Origin: Amoebophrya sp. A120
Taxonomy: Eukaryota; Protista; Dinoflagellata
Reading direction: 5' to 3'
Assembly (NCBI GenBank): GCA_905178155.1
Contig: CAJINV010000017.1
Location: forward strand, 1,294,722-1,358,721
Length of the DNA stretch: 64,000 nucleotides
Shown: positions 12,296 through 26,500 of the stretch, one piece after another
Numbering within the stretch: the first letter of the stretch is position 1
How the letters are laid out: the number at the start of each line of letters is the position of its first letter
Made by a program: the position numbers and the translations under genes
The notes under the pieces: model-generated
Database searches by the model: none
Seen by the model: only the letters and a program-made list of their open reading frames with translations
Told to the model about the DNA's origin: nothing

Positions 12296-15168
12296 TTGTG
12301 CCCTCCTTTGGAGCTTACTGTGAGTCGCATTATGCGAAAGCCCGTACCGATCTTTTTCCCTTGGAGTTTGAAAAAGCAGTCGGCTGACAACTACCCTGCT
12401 CTCCTCATCGACAAACTTAATTTGTGGGCTTCGGTCGGGGCTGAAACAATATCGCAGTATGGACGGTCCATCGTGCAGCAGCGGCAGCATTGTTTTCCCC
12501 ACGCCAAGGAGCAACCCTGTCAGAGGCCGCCGGCGTCGAGAATCTTCGCGACCCGCGGCCAGCAAATCAAGCCAATTTATTGCCTCCGCGGTTTCACATC
12601 AGGCCGCTACAACAGGAAGAACAAGACCACGACGAAAAACGCGGGCTACAATTCGATTTCCAATTGGCGAAGCAGACAGAATTGGTCTGGTAGGGGTGGG
12701 GGAGGCTGGGCCTCTTGGAAAAAGACACCCACAGGAACGACACGTACCCATGAAACCAAGGAAAACGAGGACACGAAAAGTAGTTTTGGATCTACTTCAC
12801 AAGACGGGCCGCGTCAACAACAAAATGGTGTTGATTTCCACGACGAGCAGCTGCAAGACGCCGAGGATCCTGCCCTGCCGATCAGCCCGGAGCTCCAGTC
12901 CCACATTGACGACTACCATTTTCTGTCCACCTATCGCAACATGGAGGCCAGCGACTCCCGGGGCGCGAAACTACGAGAAGAGAAGAAAGAAGTGTTCCGG
13001 CTGCGGTTCAGGAAACGGAACGAAAACTACCTGTTCGCGTCCCGTCTGTCGGACGACGAGGTACTGAGCCGGTTGCGGTTCACCAAAAAAGTGTTGGACT
13101 ACTTGGAAAAACCCGGGGGGAACGACAGCTTCCGGGCTTGGGGCCACTACACCGCGCGGGACCACAACAGCGTCGTTCAGAAGTACCGAGATGAAGAAGT
13201 TTTGGCGTCGGATGATCTTGTGGAAATTAGTACGGGTCGTCGTTCTTCATCATCGAGTACTGATGCTGATTTTCTGCCGAGCGATAGGAACACTTCGAGG
13301 ACTAGTACACGTACAGGGAAAACAAGCACAGCAAAAGGCACGTCGGGGCCAACACTTCTTGTCCGTTCCAAAGCCAGCACGACGTCCTCGTCCACACAGA
13401 CGAAAATTCCGCCAATTGTGATCGACGACCGATATCCACAGTAAAGTTTCCCGTACACGTACGAATGCAGGCTCATCTGCATGAGAAAAGATTCTTTCTC
13501 AATCCTACACCTATATACCATGAGGCGAAATTTATTGTGATGCATTTGATTTTCTACGCGTGCAGGAAATTTTTATTGCACAACCGAGAGCACAAGCTGA
13601 TCGCGCTCGCGAACCAGCAGAACTTGTTCGAGCAGACGAAGGAGAAACCAAATTTGATCCCGTTTGAGAAGAAACGGATCCTGACCGCCGACATCGTTAT
13701 CGGCGATCCGGGACGGGAGGTTTACCTGGAGAGAAAAACAGCCGCGGACTTCTGGAGCTCGATCACCGATGCGCGGTTGCACAACCAGCTTGGGAATAAA
13801 ATGGATTTGCTGGAGAGGAGTCCAGACGCCAGGGCCGCGGTGATTTTGGAGGGGTTTTCGACCGCGGAAAGGGACCCGCGGTTGCGCCCGCGGATGAGAC
13901 TGCTGTAAGTTGTACTGGCGACGTACTTGTTTCTCACTTTGTCTGTCAAGAAAAGCCGGTCAACATACTCAGTATAGCGATAAACCCCAAGAATTTTAGC
14001 ACCGCTAGTATTAAGATGAAGGATTCATTATCATTGCTACTTGTGGATTTCTGAATAAAAAAATTTTCTTCCCCCCGTACCAGCAGTACCCAGACCACCC
14101 CTGCCAAGTCGCTTCTTACTTTTCCCATATATGACACCACTCAGGTACGGGAAAATCGTGAATCTGGTGCTCCGTGACCGCGTTCCGATTTTCATGACCC
14201 GGGACCTGGCGGAAACCTACCAAATTCTCGTCGTTATCGCCGAGAACTACTACGAATCTCTAGCCGGACAGCAACCACGAGACTACGTCCACGAAAGGCT
14301 GCACGGGAAAAAGAAGGAGCGCAACCCGGTTTCCGCACTGGAATCGATGGTCAGCATGGTTCCGGGCGTAACGGAACGGATGGCGCCCAAAATTTTGGCG
14401 ACGTTTTTGAAAAACGTCGATCCGAATACCGGGACAACTGTGGTGGGGGAAAGAACTACGGACGCTGCAGCATCTTGTGTCCTTGCGGGCCAAGAAGATG
14501 AAGACCACCCTCTTCAAAGTCAAGAAGTAGAGGTGGCAACGGACGACGTACAACGTAATGAAAGTTGTAGCTCGGTTCCTCCAGCAGAGCAGCAGCGACC
14601 GACGGATATTGAGTCTGAATCTCCTCCACCCGGCGACGAGGTCGACACAGCAACTCCACATCTTCCCATGGCCCAATCTACTTCCACCTCCACTGGTGCT
14701 TCCATGCTGATTTTTTGCAACATTCTGCGGAAGGACGTACTTGCGGTGGACAAGCTCCAAAACCTCGGGCTGAAGCAGATGACGGCGAGGCTACTGGTGC
14801 AACAGCTGGTGGGGGACAACGCACGGAGTTTGAAGCGCGCGAGACTGGTCGAGAAACTCTCCGCGGTCCCCGGCGCTTCAGAGTCGAAAATCAAGCAGAT
14901 TGTCGGGACGGACTATTCCGCGGGAATGCTACGGAAGAGGCTGGATGAGGTGAAGGCGGTTGCTGGAGGGAGGATACCGTCAGCAACCGGGGACGCGGGT
15001 GGCACTGGGTCGGCTGCAGGAGGTGCGTCACTGGCAGCAGCATCAGCTGATTTTGACCTCATCCGCATTACCGCCGCTCGGGAGAAGCTGGAAGAAGTTT
15101 TGGCCGAAGAGGTAGCGAAGGAGCAGTCACTGCAAGGACGTGGGTCCTGGTGTACGAAGGAGGTGTGA
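12296..15168 (+). CDS. ERCC4-domain (MUS81/XPF family) structure-specific endonuclease; start uncertain
   Basis: IVIDDRE (after element removal), ADIVIGD, YLERKTAADFWSSITDARLHNQ (ERK..D motif), two HhH-like segments VPGVTERMA and VPGASESKI; GT-AG intron ~13905-14144. Confidence 0.8.
13433..13582. mobile_element. Introner-like TIR element, type H (degenerate TIR)
   Basis: TATCCACAGTAAAGTTTCC...GGAAATTTTTATTGCACA; perfect accga direct repeat; removal restores ERCC4 motif IDDREHKL in frame. Confidence 0.8.
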
Positions 15169-16524
15169 GCTGCAAGAGCAATGTTCTGTTCTTTACTAGC
15201 AGCTCCTGCACCGAGGCGGGTTGTGGCGGCTCAGCGGATGGATGTGGGCGTACTCGTCGTGTCTGCAGGACGGACAAATCTTTCTACATCAACCACAATT
15301 TTTTATCGTAGCAGATCGCTCCTGCACGACGCGGGCCGCCAGATCCGCCGAAATGGGACGTAGCCGAAGGTAGACTTCGAAAAAATACCGCGTGTAGCTA
15401 TTGGACGACAACGTGGCGAGGAAATTTTGTCTTGTACTGCTACTTGCCGGTACAAGTAGCACACGATCGCATCAGTGCTATACAACATAATTCAGCACTT
15501 TCATTTTGATTTTCTACGTTTTCACTACTTCACGACCTGCGCAATTTTTTTAGCATTACTTGCTAAATTATATGATGCCCGCGCAATATTTTTATCCTCC
15601 GGTCCGTCAGCCCACGTTTCCCTACCTAGCAAATATGGCGAGTTTCGGTTTCAACTGCAACAACCATGGATTTCAGCAGCACGTACGCATTTTTTCAAGG
15701 ATGCGCTTTTGCACAGAAGAAGGATATCCAAAAGTAACATGATGGATGAAATAAAAGCTGTCAGAAACAGCTTGCCACTACAACTTCATTTGAACAACTC
15801 CGAGCTGGGTAGGAGTGGGAGTAGCTCAGCTCGGCATAGTTTTGAAATTTTGTCGGTCGGTGAAGGCATTGCAAATCAAAAATGACGATCCAAGTCTGGT
15901 GTTGCTCGTCCAAATCAATGATCAAGAAAGACAAGACGTCTTTCTCTTTCAATGAGCATACGGATCCCTCCAAAATGTAAGTACTTAGATCAGGAGACGG
16001 AAAGTGTCTGACATTTTTTGGTGTCAGATGTTGCGCATATTTGAGAAGATCCTGAAATGTTCTCCAAGAAGAAATGATCTCTGTAAGAACGCCACGACCT
16101 CCTTGCCTCGCGAAGACTAAATTGAAATTTACTGTTGATAAATGGACAAGTGCAGCGAGGAAAAATGATCCAAGATCTTTTTTTTTCAGAACCGAGTAAA
16201 CAAGTACTTAAAACAAACTTTCACTCACATCGTTACTCCACTCTCCAAAACAGTAAACTCTACTTGGATTTTAAGTGCGCCATAAGTTTGGTGTCTTAAG
16301 CCTTCATCTTCTGCGCTATTTACAAACTCTTTGTACGAAGCAAACATAAAACACGTCCACGAACTCGAACGCACCAAACGCAACGACTTGCTGCAACTTT
16401 TGGAACAAGGACGAACTTCAACTTACTGGGGAAGTAATCGAATCCGAGGCGTCAACTATGACATTTCCTCCCACTTATTTTTCCTGCAATTAAAAAAACT
16501 TCTACTTCTTCAGTAAAAAAAATC

Positions 16525-17550
16525 ATGGCGCTTTCCTTGCAACATTTCGTCGACGAAGAGACTATGGCTTGCATCCTCAACAAATCCAAGGGCTTCAACC
16601 AATCCACCGCCGTTCTCGGAGCTGCTACTGTCTCCAGCATGGACAAGAGCTTCTGAAGAAACCACTTGTCGTGCGCAATCTACTTCGATTTCGACTCGTC
16701 GAAGTTATCAGCTTGAAGCTTGATAAATCAGTTCTGTACGATAAGAATTTCTGAGGAAGACCTGCCTGTGCTTGGACTTGGAGGAAAAACCGCTGTACAA
16801 TTCTTTGGCCGCCGCGAGCTGTAGGATTTCGACGAACAAACCGGTCTCGACAGACAAACGACATCATTTTTTGGAATATAAAACCCCGTTTCTGCAATAC
16901 ATATCACAAGGAAGAAGTAGTACGCGAAGCTGGTGCACAATAACTACCTGAACTACGACTCTCTGACTGTACCCGGCGTGGGCATCCCCGACGCTTTCAC
17001 AACTTTCTCTACCAAGTGTAAAATTCACGAAAAAAAGGCATACGGAAGCATCACCTCCCCTCCTGCTTCAGTACCTACAGATACGGTGACGCGAACCAAC
17101 GGAACGAGTTTAAGCAACGAGATATCGAAAAAGTAAGCATCCGCATCAATCTGCAACGGACAAGGAGGGTTTCGAAGACTGATACCAAACCGCTGGTGGT
17201 GCACAACACGAAAACAAACACGAAGAAGAGCCGACGACTCGGATAGAGATGATTCTTGGAAATAACAAGTAGAACTGAAGACAGCAGATTTGCACAACCA
17301 CAACTTCACGAAACCACCAAGCTGCCCCATCGACGCCGGCTACTTTCGACACACTGTGATTGTCATCGACGCAAGTCAGTGCAATAATTCGGACTACCGA
17401 GGACATAAAATTTTCGTCCAGTACAACTGGTATAACTTCTCAACGGGGAAGAAGAACAAACTACACTCACCAACTGTCGTCTCGAAGTTGTGCAGACCTC
17501 GTCGAACTTGGCGAATTCATCTGCACGAAAAGAATAAAGTAGTACAATGA
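16525..17550 (+). pseudogene. Possible decayed coding sequence of unknown family
   Basis: ATG at 16525 and ORFs 16933 and 17290 share one frame with coding-like codon usage but several internal stops. Confidence 0.3.
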
Positions 17551-20500
17551 CGCAGCCAACGTACGACTACGTGCTGTTCAGCCCGGCGCTGATCAGCTTT
17601 GTGGGCTACCTGTTTATGCATTGCAAAACTATCGTACTAGTATAAATTGCATTACAAATTTTCTCAAGAACAAAAATGCAATTTGTCATGCTGTTTCAGA
17701 TAGAAAGTTGAATTTGTGTTGCATATCTGCAATTAGTACGAGTGCGATACTTTTGCACAGGATACTGTTGCTGCTGATCGCCAATTTCCTCGCAATTTTC
17801 TGGGTTCGCGCGAAACAGGAAAAGGCAGTGAAGGAGATGAAAATAAACCAGAAAAACAAGGTTGACCATGACCACCTCCACGACGACGAGCTCGGAAAGC
17901 CTGGCGGGGGTAGGATCTTCGCATCGGGAGAGGACGAAGATGGCGACGGTGTCGCAGCTGCTGCTGACAAGAACAGCACGACGACGTCGTCCTCCGACGG
18001 GACGACGAGTATTGAACATTCTCCGACCGCTCCGTCGATCCAGTTTTACGGACGTACGAAATGCTGGTACGGGCAAACGGTCCTATCCTAAGTAAAAACG
18101 TCCCCACACCAGATTTGTAATGCAGATTTGCAAAGACAGGAAGACTTGTAATGCGCACTCCCATGAGATCCATTTCCAGTCGTGTTTTGGAATTTGTGAT
18201 GCTGTGAACAGGATAAGGAGACAAATCTGTGCTGCGGCTGCACTTGCTAACCTGCACTACACTGCAGAGTGCAACTTGTCATGCGTGACTCACAAAACTC
18301 CTAGGCTTGTGTTGCAAAATCCCCACTCTGACTCTGGTGCGGGTACGTTTTTACTCAGGATAGCTCCTCTACTTTCTCTACGGGTTTTACGCGTACTCGC
18401 AGGTGCTGATGCTGTGTCTCTGCTACAGTATCATGAACGCCCGCGAGCTGTCGACCTTCCTGGACTTTATGGCGCAATTCCCGGCCGGGAACCCGAACTT
18501 GCAGGGTTTGTCGAACGGGTTTTTGGGGATGAATCTTTGTGTGGACCACAGTGAGTACCCGAACACCGGGGACAACCTCCCCAACACGGTGAATTTCTAC
18601 CCGCTCGAGCCGACCACCTGCGAGGGCGAATTGTTGTCCGACAGTGCGGTCTACTACCGTCACATCGAGGTCATGAACTACTACTGGGTCCTCACGCTCG
18701 CATCGTTGCTCTTCTGGCTGTATTACGGCAAAATGATGAGGAACCTGCTCCTGTGGAAACCCTGTGCTTTGGAACAGTGTAAATCGGTGCTTGTGTGGGA
18801 CAAGAAGACCACGACGACGACCGGGCAGCAGCGAGACAATGTTGAAAATTATGCGACGATGAAAAACAAGAAAAAGAAAAAGCCGGTCGCTGATTTTTTC
18901 AATTTCTACGAGCAAACGAAGATCGTCAAGGTGCACGTTGCGACGCCGGAGTTTGGAGGTGTCGTTTCTGCCCCTGCCGGCAGTCGTGCCGCGGCTGCTT
19001 CTGCGTCGCCGGCGGAGGTTGTAGGGACGACCTCGACATCAAGTGCGACAACTGTGGGTCACGATTTTTTGGAAGAACAAGTCGGAAATAACCAAAAGCA
19101 AGACAATTATTCCGGCACAGTGTACTACATTACGCACGACTCGACTCGATTTGTGTACGACCACGAGAAGAAAAACTTCGTCGACCCGCAGGACTATGGA
19201 ACTGACATGTTTTGGGTGCGCGACTTGTACAAGGAGGAGACAGCGTTGAGGCAGTTTGAAGGAGCTGGTATATTGCTTGAAGTGATTGTGATATTACCCA
19301 TAGCCATAACCGTATGCATATCATGCCGATGCTATCAATCAAATGCTGTATTTCATCCTTCTCCTTTTGTTTTTTTTTACTTCCGATGACTCATCGGATG
19401 ATGAGAAAGAGCGACTCATCGGCGATGAGTCACTCTTTCTCATCATCTGGTCGTATTGGTTTCTATGCTCGTTGCAGCTCCTTAACCTTGTTGATTTCTA
19501 ACTAATCAAAAAACCCTATTAGGTTTCACTTTCCACACCACCCCCGCCACGACTTCCCTGAAGCAAAAGGTGTTCGGGAAAAACGTCCTAGCCGCGATCG
19601 AAGACAGGAAGTCCTGGGGCCAGCATTTTTCGAAGAATTTGCTCACCCTCCCCATGGTCATCACGCTGCTCGGGAACTACTACGTCTTCCTGAATTTGAT
19701 TCTCCCCGCGATGTTTTTCCAGATCGTGATCGCCTTTTACTTCGCGATTTCCTCGGCTTGTACCGACTTCAAGGAGCAGGAACAGATCTACCAGCTTCTC
19801 GGACACAGCATGGACGGGCAGTTTGTGACGATGAAACGGGCCTTTTATGCTGCTGGTACTTCTAAAAATGAAAGCAGGAAGAACTTCTACGACCACGAGC
19901 AGCAGGTCGAGGTGACAGACCTCCTCCCCGGGGACGTCTTCGTCCTGCCGGATAAGAACAAGGAGAACAAGCCCTTCACGATCCCGGTCGATTGCGTACT
20001 CCTCACCGGGTCCTGTTCCGTCAACGAAGCCTCCCTGACCGGCGAGGCCGTCGCGATCCAGAAGTTTTCCGTCGAGGAGGCCGTGCTGGAGAACGTGACG
20101 GAAAAGCAGTCTGGTGTGAATTTGATCACGGAAAAAGCGAAGAAAAAGTACATGCTGTTCTCCGGGGTGTCCGTGCTGGAGTGCGGGCAGGCGAAGGAAA
20201 ACCTCTGCTTGGTGCTGAAAACCGGGGCCGCCACGAAGAAGGGGGAGCTGATCAAGATGCTAAACAGCGAAGCGAGCGGCAATTCCAGCGAAAAAGTGTT
20301 CAACATCGAGAACGACAGCGGCAACTTGATGCTGTTGCTCTTCGTTTATGGATTGCAAAAGTATCGCAGCACTCGTATAAATGCATTACAAATTTCCTCA
20401 GCATGAGAAACAAAATTCTTGACAAAAAGATTTGTAATGCGTGGCTGCAATACGAGTACAATACTTTTGCACAGGATATCGTGATCACCTTTGTCGGCAT

Positions 20501-23500
20501 CACGCCCTACATGCTGCAGCTCATCCTGCAGGGGACCTTTGTGCAGCAGCGGGCGATTGTGATTTTCCGGATCATCAGTAATTTCGTGACGTTGCTCTCC
20601 CCCATCTTGTTGTCCGCCATGCAGGAGGCCAGTCGCGTGGGGTGCATATGGATTGTAAAAATGTCTGGGTCTGGAAGGTTGGAACTTGTAATGCTAGCTT
20701 TCCATAGCTAGAAAATCTGTATTGCATAACCAACAAAAGTCGCAGCCTCTTTTGTCATGCTGACACGCAGTTTCTCATGCGGATTGCCTATGAGAGAGCG
20801 TTTTGGGAAGTTGTCATGCCGGACTCAATTCGGAAGTGTTTTCATCATGCACATTTTAGCATCACAAGTTTCCAGACCCAGACACTTTTGCATTTGATAG
20901 CGCAAGGCCCTGAACCAGAGGCTGGTGAACGCGCGAAATCTATCCTGAGTGAAAACGTCCCCACCCCATAGTTGTCATGCAGATCTGCATGCTCAGAGTG
21001 TGTGTCATGCGGCTCTCCATGAGAGGCATTACCTAGTGGCGTTTGGGAATCTGTCATGCGGTAATCAGGATGACAGACTGGATCTGTGATGCGTTCGAAC
21101 TAGCTAGGCACGACTACACTGCGTCGCCAAGCTTGTGATGCGTGAGTCCCAAAAATGCTCGATTTGTCTTGCCAAAGTCCCAACTTGACTATGGGGTGGG
21201 GACGTTTTTACACAGGATAAAATCCGAAAAACTTGCCCGTCGCCGGGGCGTTGACCGTGCAGTGTTTTGACAAGACGGGGACCATTACGAAAGACGGGCT
21301 CGAGTTGGAGGAGTGTGAGCTGAAAATGCTGATCAAAAACGACGAGAACCTTCTGGAAGAGGACAACAAAAACGCCACTTATGCGGAGAAGATGGATCAG
21401 CAAGCCGCGCAGGGAGTAGTTGTGGATACCACTAACACGACGACCACCAATCTGCTGGTGGGGCAAGAACACGATCAGCAGCAGGAGCTTCTCCACAAGA
21501 CATCAAATGCTGACCCGACTATGCTGCTACACACCGCGCTGTCCACCTGTCACACCGTTTCGAAACTCCAGGATGGGACGTTGGTGGGGAACCAGGTGGA
21601 GCTGGAGATGTTGAAGATGGCGATGGAGAAGATTCCCGGGCTGTCTTTCTCCAAGACGGAAGACTTGACCGACGGAAGCGGCAGCTGCACGGACTACTAC
21701 TGCCACGACGAGGAGTCCTCGTTTGGAGGTCAAGAACATCATCTTCCCACTGCTCATCCTGTTCACAAGCAGCGCCGCTTCTGCCGCACGGTGCGCCAGT
21801 TCGAATTTGACCAGCACGCGCAGTTACAGTCGTGTCTGGTGGAGATGGAGGGGGACAAAAATCACAGTACCAATACCAAGAAGAACTATGCCGTCGACCA
21901 GCATGACATCAAGCAGAAGCCAACAATTCTCTTCGTGAAAGGTTCTGTGAAGCGCATTGTCGCAAAGTGCAGGCCGGAATCCGTCCCCGCCGGTTTTGAG
22001 CAGTCGGCGGAACAATTGGCCATGGAAGGATTCTACCTAGTCGCGATGGCGATGAAAACTGATTTAGTTGCTCACAAGGACGATAAAGAAGATCAACAAC
22101 AGCCGTCAGTACTAGACCTCTACCAGGTTCCCCGCGAACATTTAGAGCAGAACCTCACGCTCCTCGGGTTACTGAAGTTCCGCAACGAAATCAAGCCGGA
22201 TTCGCGCCACGTAATCGAGACGTTGAAAAACGCCGACATCGCCACCCAGATTATCACGGGCGACAATGTTTGGGCGGGGGTGCATATCGGGCGGGAGAGC
22301 GGGATCATCGCCGCAGAGAAGGACTTGGTGCTGGTCTTGGATCTCGAACACCACCACTGGCACCACAGCCCAGGAGGTGGTGCTGGCGGTGGTGCAGTGC
22401 AGCAAGAATTGTTGCATCAGAGCTGTACTTCTAATCATCTTCTGAAGCTGCACCTGATCAAGCCGGAAGTTGCTACGACGTGCAGCAATAACAAATCGGA
22501 AGGTCTTGAAGAACTTCCACTGGAAGACGAAATGAACGAAGTTGAAGACCTGTTTCAAGACGGTAACAAGCACTGGAGCTACTACGAACACGGCGACGAT
22601 TTGAGTGATAAAGGTGATGAAGCCGCGCTGCTCTCTTCGAAACTCACCCTTTTGTCCGATTATAATGGATGTGGTCCTCATGTTGATCGTGGGGATGAGC
22701 TCCATTATCACTGGAAAACTTTACCGGAACAGGAGCAAGCGGAGGCGCTTTTCAAGGAGTTTTTGAAGCAAAAGACGACTTTTCTACTCGCGCAGAACAA
22801 GGACAAAAGTGCTAAGAGCGCTGTCGTGGACGAGAAGAAGAAGCAGATCGTGACGGCGTTCGAACTGAAGAGCGGCACTGTTGTGAAATTTGTCGTGACG
22901 TTTGACGCGTTCAAGAAACTTCTGGAGGTTTCGGAGCAGAACATGGACGAAAATGCCGAGAATGGGAGCAGCAACGGTGATAAAAACGCTAACGCAGGAG
23001 CAGAAGATTATGCCGACATGATCAACCACAGTAGCGCCGCTGAGCGCGATCCCGAGGATCCCGAGGCTGCGCCGATGAGCAAGAGCGTGGATTTCTGGGC
23101 CATGTTCGTCAAGGCGCAGATGAAGAACTGCAACAGTAAAGATTTTTTTTCCAAGTCTAATAACGCGGCTGGCAAAAAAGGCACAACTACCGTCAAACAG
23201 CAAGAGAAGGAGCTGCAGCAAAGTTTCTCCCTGCTCTCCCTCCTGTATCCGAATATCGCGGTCCTCGGATCGATGACGCCGGTCGGGAAAGTGCAGGCGG
23301 TCGAGTACTGGCAAAAGGAAAACCTGTTCGGGAAGCAGGTCATCGGCATGTGCGGAGACGGGGGGAATGACTCTGGCGCGGTGAACGCGGCGGATATGGG
23401 CTTGGTTTTGGGGAACGACGACGCGGAAGAATTGTTCGCGCCTTGGAGTCCACGTGCAGAAGTTGCTGGATCTAGTAGTTCGAAAAACTTCTTACACGAA

Positions 23501-26500
23501 GGTGCTGGCCGCTGTGAGAAAGACGACAAGAACACATCTCCCGTTCAAAAGATCAAGACCAGGAGCGTGTTTCATGCCCCAACTGAAGAAATGGACGAGG
23601 ATGAAGTTTTCGACTACCACGTGAACGTGGACGAAGTCGATGTGCACCACTTGAGCCAGGGCACGCACCACGTGAAGGACCAGGACTTCCACGTGCACGA
23701 ATCATTTATTCCGAACACTTTGCAACTTGGCTCGCAAGAAATATTAACCACGACGTCATCGCACCAAAAGAGAAGTGGAGGACATCAAGCGAACTACCTG
23801 AAGATGCGCCGCACCACAGTCTCGATGTATGAAGAGGAGGATCTGAGCAGCGAAAGTTCCGTTGACAGCTCGCCGGAAGATGATGTTGGAACAAATCTTA
23901 CGGAAAATAAGAAGAGAGCAAAGTCAGTGAAGAAGAATTCGAAGCAGCAGAACAAATTGTCGAAAAAGAAGGACAAGAACGCGGTGAAGATGTCTGCTTC
24001 GGAGATCTGCCTGCTCTCGCCCTTCTCCGCCCAAACGTCCAGTCTTCGTTCGCTCCTGTATTTGATCGAGTCCGGCCGCATGGTGATGATGAACAGCTTC
24101 GGCACGGTGAAGCTCTTCCTGGCGTACGGCATCGCCCGCGCGTTCCAGAGCTTCGAGTTGGAGTCAGTGTTGTCTTCTCGTGGCGAGGCGCAGCAGATGC
24201 TGGACACCTTTTATCGCAAGAAAAAACTGTTTCGCTGTAAACTTGTGATGCATAGAACCAAACGCAAATGTGTTTGTCTTGCTACACATGCAAGACATTG
24301 GATTTTTAGCTGTGTTATCCCTTAGGAAGCACGCATGCCAAGTTTTCTTTGTCATGTGTAACAAACTTATGATGCAAATCTTGCAAAATCTATCATCACA
24401 GTGAAACAGTTTTTTCGTGGGACACCTTTGTCGTCATGTTCATTCTCTCCCAGGCGGCCATTAGGAACAAGGTGCCGACAGTGTTTGCTGGTGCGGGCGA
24501 ATACCGCTCGTTCATCTTGAAGAAAATGGGCTACTACAATAATTTTGGTGGAGTTAGTGTCAAGTCAAACGGCGCAAAACATCAAGGAGCCTTGACGCCT
24601 AGCACGACCGACAAGTCCGTCGTGGTCCTCAGTAAGAAGCAGCCGGAAACGAAGATCTTCGCGCTCTCCGTGTGGGTGGACATCGTTTTCGCGCAGGTCA
24701 CCTTCATCGTCTTCCTCTTCCTGTTCGCGTTTCAGGCTCCGAAGCTGTTCAATTGGACCGAACAGACGGCGGATCTGATCCCGGCCGCGCAGCAAGAAGC
24801 GCTCACCACCGAAGAGCGCGTTTATCTCGCCGACTGGCTGAAATTCCCGTTGTTGCAGACAGCCTACGACTGGTGGAAAATTCCCGGCACCTACATGGAA
24901 CTGGACCAGCTGAACCCCTTCGCGTTCGGCCTGGCCGCCACGGGGGACACGATGGTCCAGTCGACCGACCTGGCGGGGAACTTTTACAACGTGGTCTTCT
25001 ACATGCTGCTGTTCGGCTGCACGGTCGCCTACAGTCTGGCGGGCCAGTTCCGCGCGCCGGTGTGGAAGAATGTGAGTCTGCACCTGTTTTTCTTCTTGTT
25101 CCTCCTCCCCTTCATGTTTCTCCTGGGGTTGTTCTGGTCGCAGACGGTGGTCGGGTCCATCTTTCGCGTGAACATCGACAACCGCTGGGCGAACGTGCAC
25201 ACCCCCTACTTCCACGACGTCCTGGGGTATCTGAACGTCAGGTTCCAGCAGTTTCCGGAAACGGACGAGATGCTGGGGGCGAAGATCTGGTTTGCCGAGC
25301 AGGACTGGAACGAGGTCGGGGTGTTGGTCGAAGCGGAGAAGAAGAAGACGACGGAAGGACAAGGAGCTCCACTAACCCCAGAGCAAACCGATTTCTACGC
25401 AAAGCTCGAGTCTCGCTTGCAAAGCGTGCAATCCGTGCAAGACGCGATTCCCGCTTTCTGGAATACGGCGGCGATCCAAAAAGACTATGACGAAGTGTTT
25501 GGCGGCAGTGGCGCGGGGAACAATTATGCTCCTTCCCCTGCACCGCAAGCTGACGCGGATCAACAACCTGAGAACTACCTCTACAATCTGAAATTCGATT
25601 TCACGAAGGCGTTTGCTTGGGACGACGCGAAACTGGCGCAATTGAAGCAGGTGTGGGCTCCGGGGCAGCTGTTAAGCGCTGATAGTTCCCGCTACGACAT
25701 GGACTTCGGTCTATCAAACCCGTTCATTCGTGATCTGATTTTCTCCTTTCCCCCACTCGGAGGTGGAGGCGCCCCCGCGCCGGCGTCCGGAGGTTCCTCT
25801 GATGATGTCGATGCCAGCAAGAAGGCGGTTTTGATCGGTTTGTACGGCGCGCTGGCGGTGCTGCCGAACGCTGCGGAACAGGAGTTGGTCTTGCCGTTGA
25901 CGCAACACAGCACGTTTTCCAAGCACGTTTCGATAGCGGGGAAGAAACTGATGCTGGAAAAGCAATTCGCGGATAAATGGCAAATCGCTTTGTCCGTCCT
26001 GCCCTTGCAACTCGACCGCAGTAGTAGTGCGTCTGGGTCCTCGACGTCCTCGGTTGATGTATATCAGCCGAAGGTGTACCAGGTCGGCGTGAAGGTCGAT
26101 TTCGCGTGGACTGGTGCGGCGGCCTCTGGACCTGCCACTTCGGCTGTTGAGTCTCAACAAACATCCGCCGCAGAGGTGAAGTACATGTGTCAGGAGCTGT
26201 GCCTCGCGTCGCTGCAACTCCAAGACGGGGGGGACGATGGACCCTTTGGGAGGTTCATGTGCTGGCACGTCGCGATGGAATACATTAGCTACACGGGGGG
26301 TGCAAATGCGCCAGAAAATAACCCCTCCTGCGTCCTGTTTCCGCGTTTAGACATGGACACGAAGGTCGCCCTGGGTCCGGAATTTGCCGCGTACAAGCGC
26401 GACCAGATCCAGCGCAGGAGGAGTCTGAGCGAGGAAGAGGTAGAGCAGTACGCCAATTCGGTGGCGGTCGGGATCGTGAAGCCGCCCAGTACTGGTGCAG

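Noticed and set aside
16525-17550. Stop-codon reassignment as explanation for in-frame stops
   Set aside because: Multi-kilobase ORFs elsewhere contain no internal stops and genes end in TAA, TAG or TGA, consistent with the standard code.
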